A stretch of 64,000 bases of DNA from Mobula hypostoma (GCF_963921235.1 NC_086108.1:107262001-107326000); one strand, 5' to 3'. Counted from the stretch's first letter, positions 49,771-63,426 are shown. Made by a program: numbers and translations. The notes: generated by a model not told the origin, from the letters alone.

Positions 49771-50550
49771 GACGGCTGGGTTGAGATGCTCTCCAATCTT
49801 GGCAATTCACTTGCAAACCATGTGAAGAGACATCGTCAGTGCACTAATAATTGTAGTGTGCCTTTATATACTTACAAATCAGCTGATTTGACTTCATTTC
49901 GGAAACTCACTTGTGAAGTGGGGAGGAAACCTCATCGCTGATTAGCTGTGTAGTCAATTTTGTCATGGTGGTCTGGAATTTTGCCCACATCGGCTCATAA
50001 CTAGTTTCGAGGTCTACCTGCTTGTTGGCAGACTTTTTCACAGAAAACCACACTTCTAAGATTTCTCCTGCATGCTGTGTGTTTGCTTGTGCCATGACTT
50101 TCACTGAGGCCCCAGTCGAATTTGTGCCCTTCTTGATCTTCATGCGTAGAGACTAGGCAGAGTTGGTCAAGTCACTCCACAGCCAGTTGATGTTCAGGGA
50201 TCCTTGTGGATATTTTTCTCCCAGTTTGGCAAGGTGTAATATTTGCTGCAGTCCCCGCTTTGGATTTTGTAGGTCACATTGGTCCTGTCTAACAGCTTGG
50301 TTCGTTCACCCCATAGCCAATCAGGGACAAGGTTTCCTCCCCACATCACAAATAAGTTTCCAAAATGACATCCAACCAGCTGATTGACAAGTATATAAAG
50401 GCCAAGCATTCGGAGGGCACCCCACAATCAACAGCGCACTGACGATCTCTCCACGCACGGTGACAAAATGTTTCCAAGTTAATTGCCAGGGTCAGAGAAC
50501 TCAACCCACACATTGACCTCTTGAGCTACGCATTTTCCAAATTATTTCCA
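49771..50550 (-). mobile_element. Second Penelope family with inverted pseudo-LTRs, inserted in a CR1
   Basis: GIY-YIG remnants RTNVTYKIQSGDCSKYY and AQANTQHAGEILEVWFS. Segments 49778-49845 and 50435-50507 are inverted copies. Flanking atttacca duplication. Confidence 0.8.
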
Positions 50551-53500
50551 TTTACCAGGGTGCTTCCTGGACTAGAGGGCATGATAATGTTATAGCTCTA
50601 TAAAATCTTGCTTAGACCACACTTGGAATATTGTGTTCAGTTCTGGTTGTCTCTTTACAGGAAGGGTGTGTAAACCTTAAACACAGTACAGAGAAGATTT
50701 ACCAGGATGTTGCCTGGATTAGAGAACATACCTTATGAGGATAGCGAGAGTGAGCTAAGGCTTTTCTCTTTGGAGTGAGGAGGAAGATGGGTGCCTTTAA
50801 GGAGGTGTACAAAATGATAAGAGGCATAGGTTGAGTGGACAGCCAAAGACATTTTCCCAGGGCAGGAATGGCTAATCCATGGGGACATAATTTTAATGTG
50901 AGTGGAAGAGAGTATAGGCGGATGTCAGCGGTAGTTTTTTTTACTCAGAGTATGGTAGATGCATGGAACGCCCTGCTAGCGGTGGTGGTGGAGGCAGATA
51001 CATTAGGGACATTTAAGAAACTCTTAAATTAGCACATGGGTGATAGAACTATCCTGGGCTGTGGAGGAGGGAAGGATCAGATTGATCTTAGATTAGGTAA
51101 AGGATGAAAGTAACTTTGTGGGCTAAAGGACCTCTACTGTTCTATGTTCAGCAAAGAGCTGAGTAATCAGTGTGCTCATATTCAGATGCAAAGAGAGGTT
51201 ACTGACAGCGCTCCACCTTTGGAGAGCTTCAAGAAAGAAAGTAAGTTTTCAAATATTTCAGGAGGCTGGAAAAATCTCTTTGATGGTCAAAAAGAGCAAG
51301 GAAATATTCAGTAGCATGAGGGGGTGGTTTCAAAGGCTGGACTTAGTAGAACATAGAACAGTAGAGAAAAAGAACAAGCCATTCGGCCCACACTGTTGTG
51401 CTGGACCAATCAAGCCTAATCCCTTCTGTACGTGGTCCATAGTTGGGTGTCAGAATGGAGGCATATTTCTTCCAAAGAAGTGTAAGGTGCTCCTTGTCTC
51501 CACCAGCTTGCAGGCCACCCTTCGACCAGGTATAGCACCTATCTAGCCGCTCCGCCCCCCCACCCCCAATCAAGATCACGTGAAGCCATGGGATGAGGGG
51601 TTGGATGGTGGTATGATCAGCTGGTGCATATCACGTCCTGGGAGAAGTAAGGTTTTTCTCACTACACCTGCGATAGTACTGCTCAAGATGCAGTATTAGA
51701 CAATGGGCTGTTTATTTCAGGTCTCTGAAGAGAACTGATAAAATGACTGGGGTCACCTGTCTTGTAAAGACACTGTCCAGTAGCAGGCTTCTGTAGAAAA
51801 ATTTGCCAAGAGCAATCTTGGTCAAAGAGCATGATCACCCACATCATACAACATGGCACATAATGAGTGAATGAACATGTCCATATAGAAGACAAAAATT
51901 AGTTTTATCTGTCGTGTATATATAGAAACATATATGTTTGTGTCAATCACCAACACAGTCCAAGATGTGCAGGGTGCAACCTGCAAGTATTGCCACGTTT
52001 CTGGCACCAACATAACAGTTTGCCTTTTGGAATTTGGGTGGAAACCGGAACACCTGGATGAAACCCACATGGTCACTGACAGTGTGATACATATTCAGTT
52101 CTTGGCCAGTAGTTCTCCTTCTCTTTCTTTTTTGTTTGCAAATCTACCTTTGTAAATACAGCATCTGCCACTTGTAAGAACACAAACAGATGGAAGTAAA
52201 CTTCCAGGTAACAGTTGTTTGACTTCTGGTCATAAAGGGAAGTCACTCTTCAGTTCTTGAAATGTAAACGACAAACAGTAATCACCTTAAGGTTAACACA
52301 AGTATTGTCCAAAGACCCAAGAAGAGAAAATCTGCAGATGCTGGCAATCTAAAGCAACACCCACAAAATGCGGGAGGAACTCAGCAGGCCAGGCAGCACC
52401 CATGGAAAAGAGTACGGTTGAAGTTTCGGGCCAAGACCATTTGGCAGGCCTAGAGAAAATTGCTGAGAAGTAGATTTAAAAGGTGGGGAAGGAGAGAGAA
52501 GAACACAAGGTGATAGCAGTGAAGGCATGAAGACTCTTCAACCACGTGCTCACCCAGTCCTGCTACTACAGCCATAGTTTGCTCACTACACCTGCTTCAG
52601 TACTGCTCAAGATGCAGGATTAGACAATGGGCTGTTTAATTTAGGTCTTTCAAACAGAGAAGCTGCCTCCTAAATTGCTTAATTCAAGGAAGCTTGCGGA
52701 ACAGAGGCATTATACTATTTAGCATATCAATAATAATGGTGCATTTATAATTGGAAGGTTTTATGTGCTCGAGGAAGTTAGCTTCACAGCTTTACAATAT
52801 TAATGGTAGGTAGCTGAAGAACTGCGTCTCCAAAATGCTTTTAGAACATTTGCGTTGAAAGAGTATCACAGTCACCCAGGTGGTAGAAAAAGGGCATAAA
52901 CGTTAAGAGCAGTTCAGACTTATTAGGAGTGGTTGAAAAACATCAAGAAGAATGAGAGAAGCTGGGGTGAATAGAATCTATTCCTCTAACTTCGATTTCT
53001 ACAACAGATGATTTGCTTGTCTGCATCGTGGTATGTTTTTTAGTTATATAGAAATTGCACCTGTGTTTTGGAAATGGTTTGAGTTTTGAAGAGATGCTTT
53101 GTGTTTTAGAAACGTTTTGTAATTAGGAAAGAAACATTTAAGATAGCAATGCTCTCTGAGTTTTAAATGGTTTTAAGAAGGTGTGAATTCAAATGTGTAT
53201 CACTGTAAATAAATGAACTGTGTTTTAAGCTAATTTGTTAGCTGGAAGTCTCTTCGCTGTGGTAGAGATGTGGGAACCACAAATAGTGGTTATTGGCAGC
53301 TAAGACCTGCCGCAGAGAATAAACAGGGAACTAGTCTTTGAAGATTGGGTAGATACAGTATAATCTCCTTTTAGAGAGAGTACTTGTGGCTATTTATATC
53401 CCATAAGGCTTAAGATCTTTGTTTGAGTTTAGAATGTTCGCTAGTCAACAAACTCAGAAAAACATACAAACAGCAGTGGGAATTGAACCCTACTCTTACA

Positions 53501-53713
53501 GTTGCCGTCATAAGGTGTTAAGTTAACCATTTTGCCACTTCGTCCCTCCATCCTTGCATATTCATGTTTTTATCTAAAAGCTTCTTAAACTCCATTCTCA
53601 TATTTTCCTGCACCATCACCTCTGGCAACACATTCCAAGTACCCTTCGTTCTCTGGTTAAAAAGCTTGCCTCACACATCTTCTCTCTCTCACTTTCCACC
53701 TGCTACTTTAAAT

Positions 53714-54469
53714 AAAGGGCTCTTAACCTGGGGTCCATGGCCCCTTTGGGGGCGTCTGTGGATAGGTTCCAGGGTCTCCACGTGAAGTTGGATGGGGAAA
53801 AATCTATATCTTCATTTTCACAAACCTCTAACTGAAATTTAGCATTCTGTAAATGGTGAATGTAGGCAACAACTCACAGTAGTTTTAGCAGTACCGGTGA
53901 CTTTGTCACCAATAGAAATCATTGAGTTTTTCGTATCATATTATCATTGTTACAGATATCTCAAAATATCGTTTACAGCACACTCATCACTACTTTGAAA
54001 TAATGTTAGTTATTAGATCCCTGCTAGATTGAACATGATCGTAGTCTTCCTGTCTGCAGTTGCTTGTGCGATGGAGCTGGCCAACTATCAGGCAACCCTG
54101 TGGTCTGATGTCCAAGATGACATGCATGTTGCTTTGTCAAAGACCAGCTCGCAGTTCAATGTTCTTATTCAAGCCGAGCAACAACAACCTTTACACTAAT
54201 GTCTTTAAAAAATAAAATTTAGTTTTAACTTGCCTTTATTTTAAATGTAAAGTCTTGTTATTTAATGTGTTAATAAAGAAGCACATATATTACTATATCA
54301 CAAGTTTGTCTTTTTAATACTTTGATTACTATATTTCAATATAACTGGTTTCTTTTGTAATCCAAACTATTTTATTTTCTGTATTTAAATACATTATTCT
54401 GAGAAGGGGTCCATAGGCTTCACCAGACTGAAAAAGGATTTATGGCATAGAAAATGTTAAGAACCACTG
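53714..54469 (+). mobile_element. hAT-Charlie deletion derivative (Charlie4-like)
   Basis: TIRs ..gggctcttaacc / gttaagaaccactg. 8-bp TSD ctttaaat/ctttaagt. Transposase tail DVQDDMHVALSKTSSQFNVLIQAEQQQPLH* at 54107-54199. Confidence 0.88.
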
Positions 54470-56179
54470 CTTTAAGTGCATGCCCTCCAGCACAGAACAT
54501 TTTCACCCTGGAGATAAGATGCTTTCTATCTACTCCACCTGTGCCTCTCGTTATTTTATTAATTTTCCTCGCGTCTCCCCACAGCCTCAGCTGCTCCAGA
54601 GAAACAGCCTAAATTTGCCCAGTGTCTCCTTACAGTACGTGTCCTCTAATCCAAACATTGTCCTGGGGAGCCTCCTCTGCAGCCTCTCCACAGTCCCCAA
54701 ACTCTTCTTGTAATAGTCTACCAGAACTGCATGCAATATTCCAAGTACGGCCCAAACAAAATATTTAAAGATTCTGGTTAGAAAATAGATCAATTCAGAA
54801 TCAGGATCAGGTTTAATAATAATGGCATATGTCGTGAAATCTGCTGTTATGCTGCAGCGCTACAATGCAATACACAATAAAAACTGTAAATTACAATAAG
54901 AATAATTATACATTTACAAAATTAAATTAAATAAGTAGTGCAAAAAGAGAAAAATAAATTTGTGAGGTTGTGTTCATGGGTTCAATGCCTGTCAGTAATC
55001 TAATGGCAGAGGGGAAGAAACTGTTCCTGAATGGTTGAGTGTGTGCCTTCAGGCTCCTGTATCTCCTCCCTGATGGGAGCAATGAGAAGGGGGCACATAC
55101 TGGGTGATGGGAATCCGTAATCATGGATTCTGCCTCTTTGAGGCAACATTCCTTCCGCATACAGACCCTTCAGTCTGTGCTGACCATGATCCCTAATGAA
55201 ACGCAACCTCCTCTGTCTGCACACACTTCATATCCCTCCATGCCCTGTATATTCACGTGCCTAACTAAAACCTTCCTAAACACCACCATTGTGTCTGCAT
55301 CTATCACTTCCCTGGCAACACACACAAATGCTGCAGGAAATCAACAGGTCAGGGAGCATCTATGAAATGAATAAACAGTGTTTTGGGATGAAACCCTTCT
55401 TCAGGACTCAGTTGACTGCTTATTCTTTTCCATAGATGCTGCCTGACCTGCTGAGGTCCTCCAGTGCTTCATGTGCATTGCTTGGGATTAAAGGATCTGT
55501 TTGAGGAGTATGAGTTGGACATTTGGATGACGTAACTTATCTATCAGAGTTTGTGTTGCTTTATCGTGGTGGAGATGTTGTTCATGTTGGTCTCCTCCAA
55601 CTAATCCTTCAATTCCTTTATTGTATTTGCTGTATTGTTCCAGGTCTTTACTGTTGTTTACTGTATCTACTGTAGTTAGTCCATGATTCAGCTCCATGTA
55701 TTTAATAATGAACAACACACACAAAATGCTACAGGCACTCAGTAGATCAGGCAGCATCCATGGAGGGAAATGAACAGTCAACATTTTGGGCCAAGACCCT
55801 TCATTAGGGCTATTTACTGGTGAGGTCAAGAATCCAATTTATCGTAGTACAGAACTATTTAATAGTCTGATAACAACAGGGTAGATGCTCTCCTTAAAGA
55901 TTAAAGAAATTAGCTTTATATGTCATGAACTTCAAAATATTGAAACTTACAGTGAAATGCATTGTTTGTGTCAAATCAAATCAGTGAAGAATGTCTGCAA
56001 GTGTCACAACTGTCACTAGGTTTGAGCCTGGTGGTAGATGCCTTCAAGCTTTTGTATCTTCTACTCGATGGGTGGGGGGAGAAGGGAAAAGAGAACGCCC
56101 AGCTCGGGTGGGAAAGGACAGAAACACAGAGGTTGCTTCCTGTCAAGTTGGAGTTCATATCTAGGGGTCATCAATAAAT

Positions 56180-56216
<37 letters not shown>

Positions 56217-56234
56217 CACGCGCGCACATGTGTT

Positions 56235-56430
56235 GGCTATGGCTCAGTTGACAACACTCCCTCCACTGTGCTGGAAGGTACTTGATCCTGTCCAATTTAA
56301 AGGTTTAAGATCAAATCTCCAGGTAAAGCGTTGGTGCAGTACTGGTGGAGTGTTGCATTATTTGCGCTAATGTCTTTGGAATGAAATGTCAAACTCTCCA
56401 CTCGCACAGATGGATGTGAAATGTTTCAGT
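56235..56430 (+). mobile_element. Ancient Deu-domain SINE remnant (SacSINE1-like)
   Basis: tggctcagttg A-box, then gtgcagtactggtggagtgttgca...gtctttggaatgaaatgtcaaac...gatggatgtgaaa, colinear with the remembered Deu domain. Confidence 0.6.
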
Positions 56431-56955
56431 TTCAGACAGATGAAAGCCCCAGTGCTCTACAGAATGACCTGACTAACAAAGTCACACAAACACATGAATT
56501 TCAAATCACACTCTCATAATAGAAGGACGTCCTTTTGGAATGGAGATGAGGATGAATTTCTTCAGCCAGAAGTTGGTGGATCTGTGGAATTCATTGCAAC
56601 AGACAGCTGTAGAGGCCAGATCATGGGGTTAAGAGGAGAATGGCTTGAGCGGGATGATAAATCAGCCAGGATGGAATGGCAGAGCAGAGTCAATGGCTGA
56701 ATGGTCTAATTCTGCTCCTATGTTTTATAGTCTTACGATCCTATAGAGTTGGGGCCAGGAGTAGGCTCCTTGAGATTGCCCACCTTTATCAACATCAAGA
56801 CTGATCTGACTGTAATGTCATCTCCATATACCTTTACAGAGTAACCTTTCACCCTCTTGCTCATCAAAAATTCATCTCCCACTGCCCTGAATATGTTCAA
56901 AGACTCTGAGATTTGCAAAAACTAAATGACCCTTTGCCAATATTGGGATTGCAGG

Positions 56956-56956
<1 letters not shown>

Positions 56957-56992
<36 letters not shown>

Positions 56993-57290
56993 GGGGGGGG
57001 GTGTGTTTCTGCATGCATGTAAAGTATGTATGCAAGTGCATAGTTTTGTCTGTATTTCTACATGTTGTGCATGCATGCGTCTGTATGCGTGTGCATGTTT
57101 ATGTATACATGCCAATGTGTCCTTGAGTGTATGTGTATGTATTAAGCCTCAAGCATATGTGTGTGTGTGCAGTTGTTTGTGTAAGGATGAATGTATGTGT
57201 GTACACACACGCTTGTGTTTCTGTCTTTTACATATACCCACATACATACACGCATGTATTGATGTTTATATATGCATGCATGTGTGCCTC
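56957..57290. repeat. (TG)n, G-run and degenerate alternating purine-pyrimidine tract
   Basis: Direct observation. Confidence 0.9.
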
Positions 57291-57699
57291 TCTGACTTCC
57301 TCTTCGTCATGCCCACGCCATGGTGATTGTCAGCCTGAAGCACAACCATCTCACCTCCATAGACATGCAAATTACCTTCGTCACTGACAGTGTGTTAACA
57401 GGATCTCTTGTTCACACTGCGACTGCAGTACAACAGGAAGTCGACAGGTTGTTCAGAAGCTTTACACAGACAGACATATGGGCAGCTCATTACGCAGTCA
57501 ATTCCAGGATCAGAACTATGTTAGGAAAGGCTGGGGCCAATGTGGTGTGTTAATACAATCCAGTTTTACCTGGGAAAATTCTGAGTCTGACTAGTGAAAT
57601 GAAAATCGTCGCTCTACCTGGCAGCCTTGTCCTAATTTCTCCTCTTTGGTGTGACCAACCTGCTACGATTTAGTGCCAAAGTATCCGTCTTAACTCTTT

Positions 57700-58500
57700 G
57701 GTTGAGTCAGTGGTGAGGAGCGCAAATGCAAAGTTAGCATTCATTTCCAGATGACTAGAAAATAAAAGCAGGGATCTAATGCTGAGGCTTTACAAGGCAT
57801 TGGCCAGATCATATTTGAAGTATTGTAAGCAATTTTGGATCCCTTATCTAAGAAGGATGCTGGTGAACGCAGCAGGCCAGGCAGCATCTATAGGAAGAGG
57901 TACAGTTGACGTTTCGGGCCGAGATTCTGGAGATGCTCCCTGGCCTGCTGCGTTCACCAGCAACTTTTATGTGTGTTGCTTGAAATTCCAGCATCTGCAG
58001 ATTTCCTCAAGTTTGTGTCTAAGAAGGATGTGCTGGCTTTGGAGAGGGACCAGAGAAAGTTCACAAGATTGATACTGGGAATGAAGTGGTTAATGTATGA
58101 ACAGCGTTTGATAGCTCTGAGGCTGTACTCATGGGGAAGTAGAGAAATGAGGGGGGGAGGGAATCTCATTGAGATCTACATAGTATTGAAAAACCTAGAT
58201 AGAGTGAATGTGGAGAGGATGTTTCCAATAGTGGGGGAGTCTAGGACCAGAGGACACAGCCTCAAAATAAAAGAATGTCCACAAAGATGAGTTGGCAATT
58301 TCTTTAGCCAGAGAGTGGTCAACCTATGGAATTTTTTGGCACAGACAGACAAATGGCGGACAATTGGTTCTTGATTGGAGTCAAAAGTTACGAGTAGAAT
58401 GCAAGGGAGAGGGTTGAGAGGAATAATAAATCAGCAATGATGCAATGGTGGAGCAGATTCGATGGGCCAAATGTCTGATTCTGTTCCTTCTGTATGTCTG
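57700..58500 (+). mobile_element. CR1 3' fragment split by a Penelope palindrome (~57855-58012)
   Basis: tctaagaaggatg occurs on both sides of the insert (57847 and 58018). Confidence 0.8.
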
Positions 58501-59214
58501 ATGATCTTATGACATTTGTGATTTTCTAGTCCTATGAAACATTCCAGAACTAATAATTCTTGGAAGATCACTCCGACTGCCTCCATGATCTCTTCACCCA
58601 CTTCTTTCAGAACCATGGCGTGTAGCCCATCTTGTCCAGGTGACTTTCTACCTTCAGCCTCTCAGCTTCCCAAGCACATACTCATTAGTAATATCAATTA
58701 CATGCACTCCTGACCCCAGACACTCTCAAAATTCTTGTATGCTGCTGGTATATTCTACAGTGATAAATGACACAAAATACTTAATGAGTTCATCCACCAT
58801 TTTGTTCTTCCCCATAACTCCGTAATTAGTTTGCTAGTTAAACTTGGGTGGAGGGGTACATACACATGTCTACCAAAGGAGGTGAAAGGCGCTCCTTCCC
58901 TACGCTAGCCTGCAGGTCAACCTTGGGCAAAGTGTAGCACCTACTTAGCCCCCCTGTCAGGGTCATGTGAAGCCATGAGAGCAGGTGGTGGATAGTCGTA
59001 TGAGTAGCTGGTGCATATCATAAGTCCTGGTTATGCAACCACTGACACCAGACAATTTCTGAAGAGTATTGATAATGGCTGGGGTCACCCATCTTGTAAA
59101 GGCACTGCCCAGAAGAAGGCAATGGCAAACTACTTCTGTAGAAAAGTTTGCCAAGAGCACCCACGTCATTTGATACAGACATTATATGATAGAGCTCATC
59201 ACCTGTACTGGATT

Positions 59215-59951
59215 AACTAACTAACTAACCAATTACTAGACCTGAGGAGAGCTAAGGTACCGGTGACTCCTGTTTCCATCCAGGGGGTCAGTGTGGTCAT
59301 GGTGGAGGATTACAAATACCTGGGGATACGAATTGACAATAAACTGGACTGGTCAAAGAACACTGAGGCTGTCTACAAGAAGGGTCAGAGCCGTCTCTAT
59401 TCCCTGAGGAGACTGATGTCCTTTAACATCAGCCGGACGATGCTGAGGATGTTCTACGAGTCTGTGGTGGCCAGTGCTATCATGTTTGCTGTTGTGTGCT
59501 GGGGCAGCAGGCTGAGGGTAGCAGACACCAACAGAATCAACAAACTCATTCGTAAGGCCAGTGATGTTGTGGGGATGGAACTGGACTCTCTGACGGTGGT
59601 GTCTGAAAAGAGGATGAGGTCTAAGTTGCATGCCATCTTGGACAATGTCTCCCATCCACTACATAATGTACTGGGTGGGCACAGGAGTACATTCAGCCAG
59701 AGACCCATTCCACAGAGATGCAACACAGAGCGTCATAGGAAGTCATTCCTGCCTGTGGCCATCAAACTTTACAACTCCTCCCTTGGAGGGTCAGACACCC
59801 TGAACCGATAGGCTGGTCCTGGACTTATTTCCTGGCATAATTTACATATTACTGTTTAACTATTTATTGTTTTATTACTATTTATTATTTATGGTGCAAC
59901 TGTAACGAAAACCAATTTCCCCCGGGATCAATAAAATATGACTATGACTAT
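59215..59951 (+). mobile_element. Young Rex1-like LINE 3' fragment
   Basis: ORF 59263..59811 (YKYLGIRIDNKLDW, KGQSRLY, FYESVVASAI). Tail aataaaatatgactatgacta. Confidence 0.92.
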
Positions 59952-59954
59952 ATC

Positions 59955-61855
59955 CAGCATCCTTTTCCACTGTTCCAGTGACCACACTTGCCTCTCTTTA
60001 ATTCCTTATACATCTGAGAAAATGTTTGGTATCCTCATTTATACTTTGGCTAACTTACATTCATATTTCATCTTATTTCTCCTTATTGTTTTATTAGTAG
60101 TCTTTGGATATTTTTTAAAAATGTCCCAATCATTTAGCTTCCCACAAGTTTTTGCTATATTGTATGTCATTTTCTTTAGTTTTATGCTGCCTCTGACTGC
60201 CTTTGAAAGCAACAATGCCTCATCCTCCCTTTAGAATGCTTCTTTTACTTTCAAAAGAATGGATCCTGCATTTTCCGAATTATCCTCATAAACTGTTGCC
60301 ATTGCTGCTTTAGCATCATCCCCACTAGCTGCCCTTTCCAATCAACTTTGGCCAGCTCCTCTCTCAACTGCAGTACCGATATATCCAATTTTAGCTTCTT
60401 CCGCTCAAGCTGCAAACTGAATTCTGTCATATTTACCTCTACTCCTAGGGGTTCCTTTAGGTTAAGCTTCCTAATCAAATCTGGTTCATTACACAACACC
60501 CAATCCAGAGTTGCCTTTTCCCTAGTGGGCTCAACCACAAGTTGATCTTAAAATCCATCTTGTAGACATTCCACACATTCCTTCTCTTGGGATCCTGCAA
60601 CAACTTGATTTACTGTATCTACCTGCATATTGAAATACCCCTTGACTATGATAGCATTGCCTTTTTTACATGCTTCTCCTATCTCCCATTGTAATTTGTA
60701 CCCCACGTCCTGGCTACTGTTTGGACGCCTGCATATAACTCCCATCAGGGTCCTTTCACCCTTGCAGTTTCTTAACTCCACCCACCTTCTTAAGACCATC
60801 AGACCACCAGGTATAGGAACAGAATTAGGCTGTTGAGCCCGTCGAGTCTACTCTGCTGTGTCATCGTGGCTGATTTATTATCCCTCTCAAACCCCATTCT
60901 CCTGCCTTCTCTGTGTAACTTTTGATGCCCTTTCTAATTAAGAGCACATCAATGTCCACTTTAAATATACCCAAATATGCCCAATCACAGTTGTCCATGA
61001 CAATAAATCTTACAGATTCACCATACTTTGGCTCTAGAAATTCCTCCTTATCTCTGTTCTAAATGAATGTCCCTCTATTCTGAGGCTGTGCCCTCTGGTG
61101 CTAGACTCCCCCATAATAGGAAACATTTTCTCCATGTCCACGTTTACTAGGCCATCAAGTTTTTCTTAGATAAGGGGAGAAAAACTGTTTGCAATATTCC
61201 AAGTGCAGTCTGACCAATGCATATAAAGCCTCCCCATTACATCCTCGCTTTTATATTCTAGTCCTCTGGAAATGAATGCTAACATTCATATGCCTTCCTT
61301 ACCACTGACTCACTTAAAAGTTAACCTTTCGGAATCCTGCACCAAGACTCCCAAGTCCTGTTGCACCTCTGATTTCTGAATTTTCTCCCCATTTAGAAAA
61401 TAGTCTATGCCTTTACTCCTTCTACAAAGTGCATGACGACACAATTCTTACGCTATATTCCACTTCTTTGTCCATTTTCCTGATCTAAATCCTGCAGATT
61501 TACTGCTTCCTCAACACTACCTGCCCCTCCACCTTTCTTCATGTCATCCACAAACTTGGCCAAAAAGCCATCAATTCTGCCAACCAAATCATTGACATAT
61601 AATGTGAAAAGAATCAGACTCAACACCGACCCCTGCAGAACACCATTTTTCACCAACAGCCAACTAGAAAAGGGTCCCTTTATTCCCACACTTTGCCTCC
61701 TGCCCGTCCACCAGTCTTCTATCCAGGTTAACATCTTTCCTGTTATACCATGGGCTCTCATCATGTTAAGCAGCCTCACGTGTGGCACCTTGTCAGAGGC
61801 CTACTGACAATCCAAACACACAATGTCCACTGACACTCCCTTGTCTATCCTACCT
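59955..61855 (-). mobile_element. Two degenerate CR1 segments (endonuclease part 59955-60790; RT/3' part 60795-61855)
   Basis: PTREKATLDWVLCNE, WVELRN..RPNS; GVLQGSVL, FVDD, 3'UTR. Confidence 0.85.
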
Positions 61856-61857
61856 AT

Positions 61858-62475
61858 TAGATTAGATTATGAAGACACGCAGTCTTCTTTTATTGTCATT
61901 TAGTAATGCATGCATTAAGAAATGATACAATATTTCCTCCAGTGTGATATCACAAAACACAGGACAGACCAAGACTGAAAAACTGACAAAACCACATAAT
62001 TATAACATATATTTACAACAGGGCAACAATACCATAACTTGATGAAGAAGTCCATGAGCACAGTAAAAAGTTCAAAATCTCTCAAATGTCCCACATCTCA
62101 CGCAGATGGGAGAAGGAAACTCTCCCTGCCATACCTGACCACAGTCCGATTCTGAGTAATCCGAAAACTTCGAGCCTCGGAATCAACTCTCCGACACCGA
62201 GTACTGAGCGCCATCTCTGTCTGAACGATTCAATCTCAATCTTGGTCGCCAACAGCAGGCAAACCCGGGGATTTTGAGGCCTTCCCTCCGGAAGATTCCC
62301 GACCGCGCAGTAACGACAGCAGTGAATGAGCGTTTCAGAAATTTCTCCAGATGTTCCTCTGTGCTTTCCCATCCGTCTCCATAAAATCAGAATTGTCCAC
62401 GGCCCCTATTTAACGATATCATTTTTTACCGGAGGGCTGCGCGTACACGGCGCACTGCTGTCTCTCCTCCCGCCA
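61858..62475 (-). mobile_element. Second copy of the non-coding ~620-bp element
   Basis: Reverse complement of 20075-20690, with an (attag) tail. Confidence 0.8.
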
Positions 62476-63351
62476 TAACAATACTCTTTGTGTTGTCAAT
62501 GACGGGGAGAGCTCTGTCCATATAAGTAGAAAACAGGTTATATTTCCCCAGGTTGCTGTTAATGTGTGTCCTTTCCTGGGCTCAGTGACACTAAATACAC
62601 GAGATTCTGCAAATGCTGCAAGTCTTGAGCGACACACACTAAACGCTGGAGGAACTCAGCAGGTCAGGAAGCGTCTACGGAGGAGAATAAACAGTCGATG
62701 TTTTGGGTTGACACCATTCAAAAAGGCAGGAAAGGAAAGGGGGGGAAAGCGCTGTGGTAGCTTATTAAACACAATGCTATTGCAGTTCGTGGCATTCCCA
62801 AGTTTAATTCCGGCACAACCTGCAAGGAGTTTGTATGTGCTCCGGTTTCCTGTCAGACACATGGGTCAGTAGGTTAATTGATCATTGTAAATTGCCCGGT
62901 GATTAGACTAGGGATAAATCGGTGAGTGGCTGGGTGGTGTGGCTCGTTGGGCCAGAAGGGCGAGTTTCATGCTGTATCTCAGTAAATAAATAAAACAAGC
63001 CAGAATAATAAGGTGAGAGGGGGAGGGGAAGGGGTACAAGCTGGCAGGTGATAAGTGAAGCCAGGTGAGGGGAAAGGTGGGTGGGTGGGGGAGGACTGGA
63101 AAGAAATCAGAAGCTGAGAGGTGATCGTGGAAAAGGTAAAGACTGAACAAGAAGGAATCTAATAGGAGAGGACAGTGGCCCATGGAGAAAGGGAAGGAGG
63201 AGGGGCACCAGAGGGAGGTGGTAGGCAGGTGAGGAGAAGAGAATAGGTAAGAGGGGAACTAAAACTAAAAATGTGGCTGAGAAATGATGTGGGCTCATGT
63301 GTCGCAGCCAGCAGGAATCATCCCCTTCAAAATGGCTGTTTTTCCTTTGTA

Positions 63352-63384
63352 ACACACAAACACTCACACTCACACACACACACA

Positions 63385-63426
<42 letters not shown>

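Noticed and set aside
52148..52225. Minus-strand 78-nt exon extending the chain
   Set aside because: Modest splice signals; all frames are open and none is informative.
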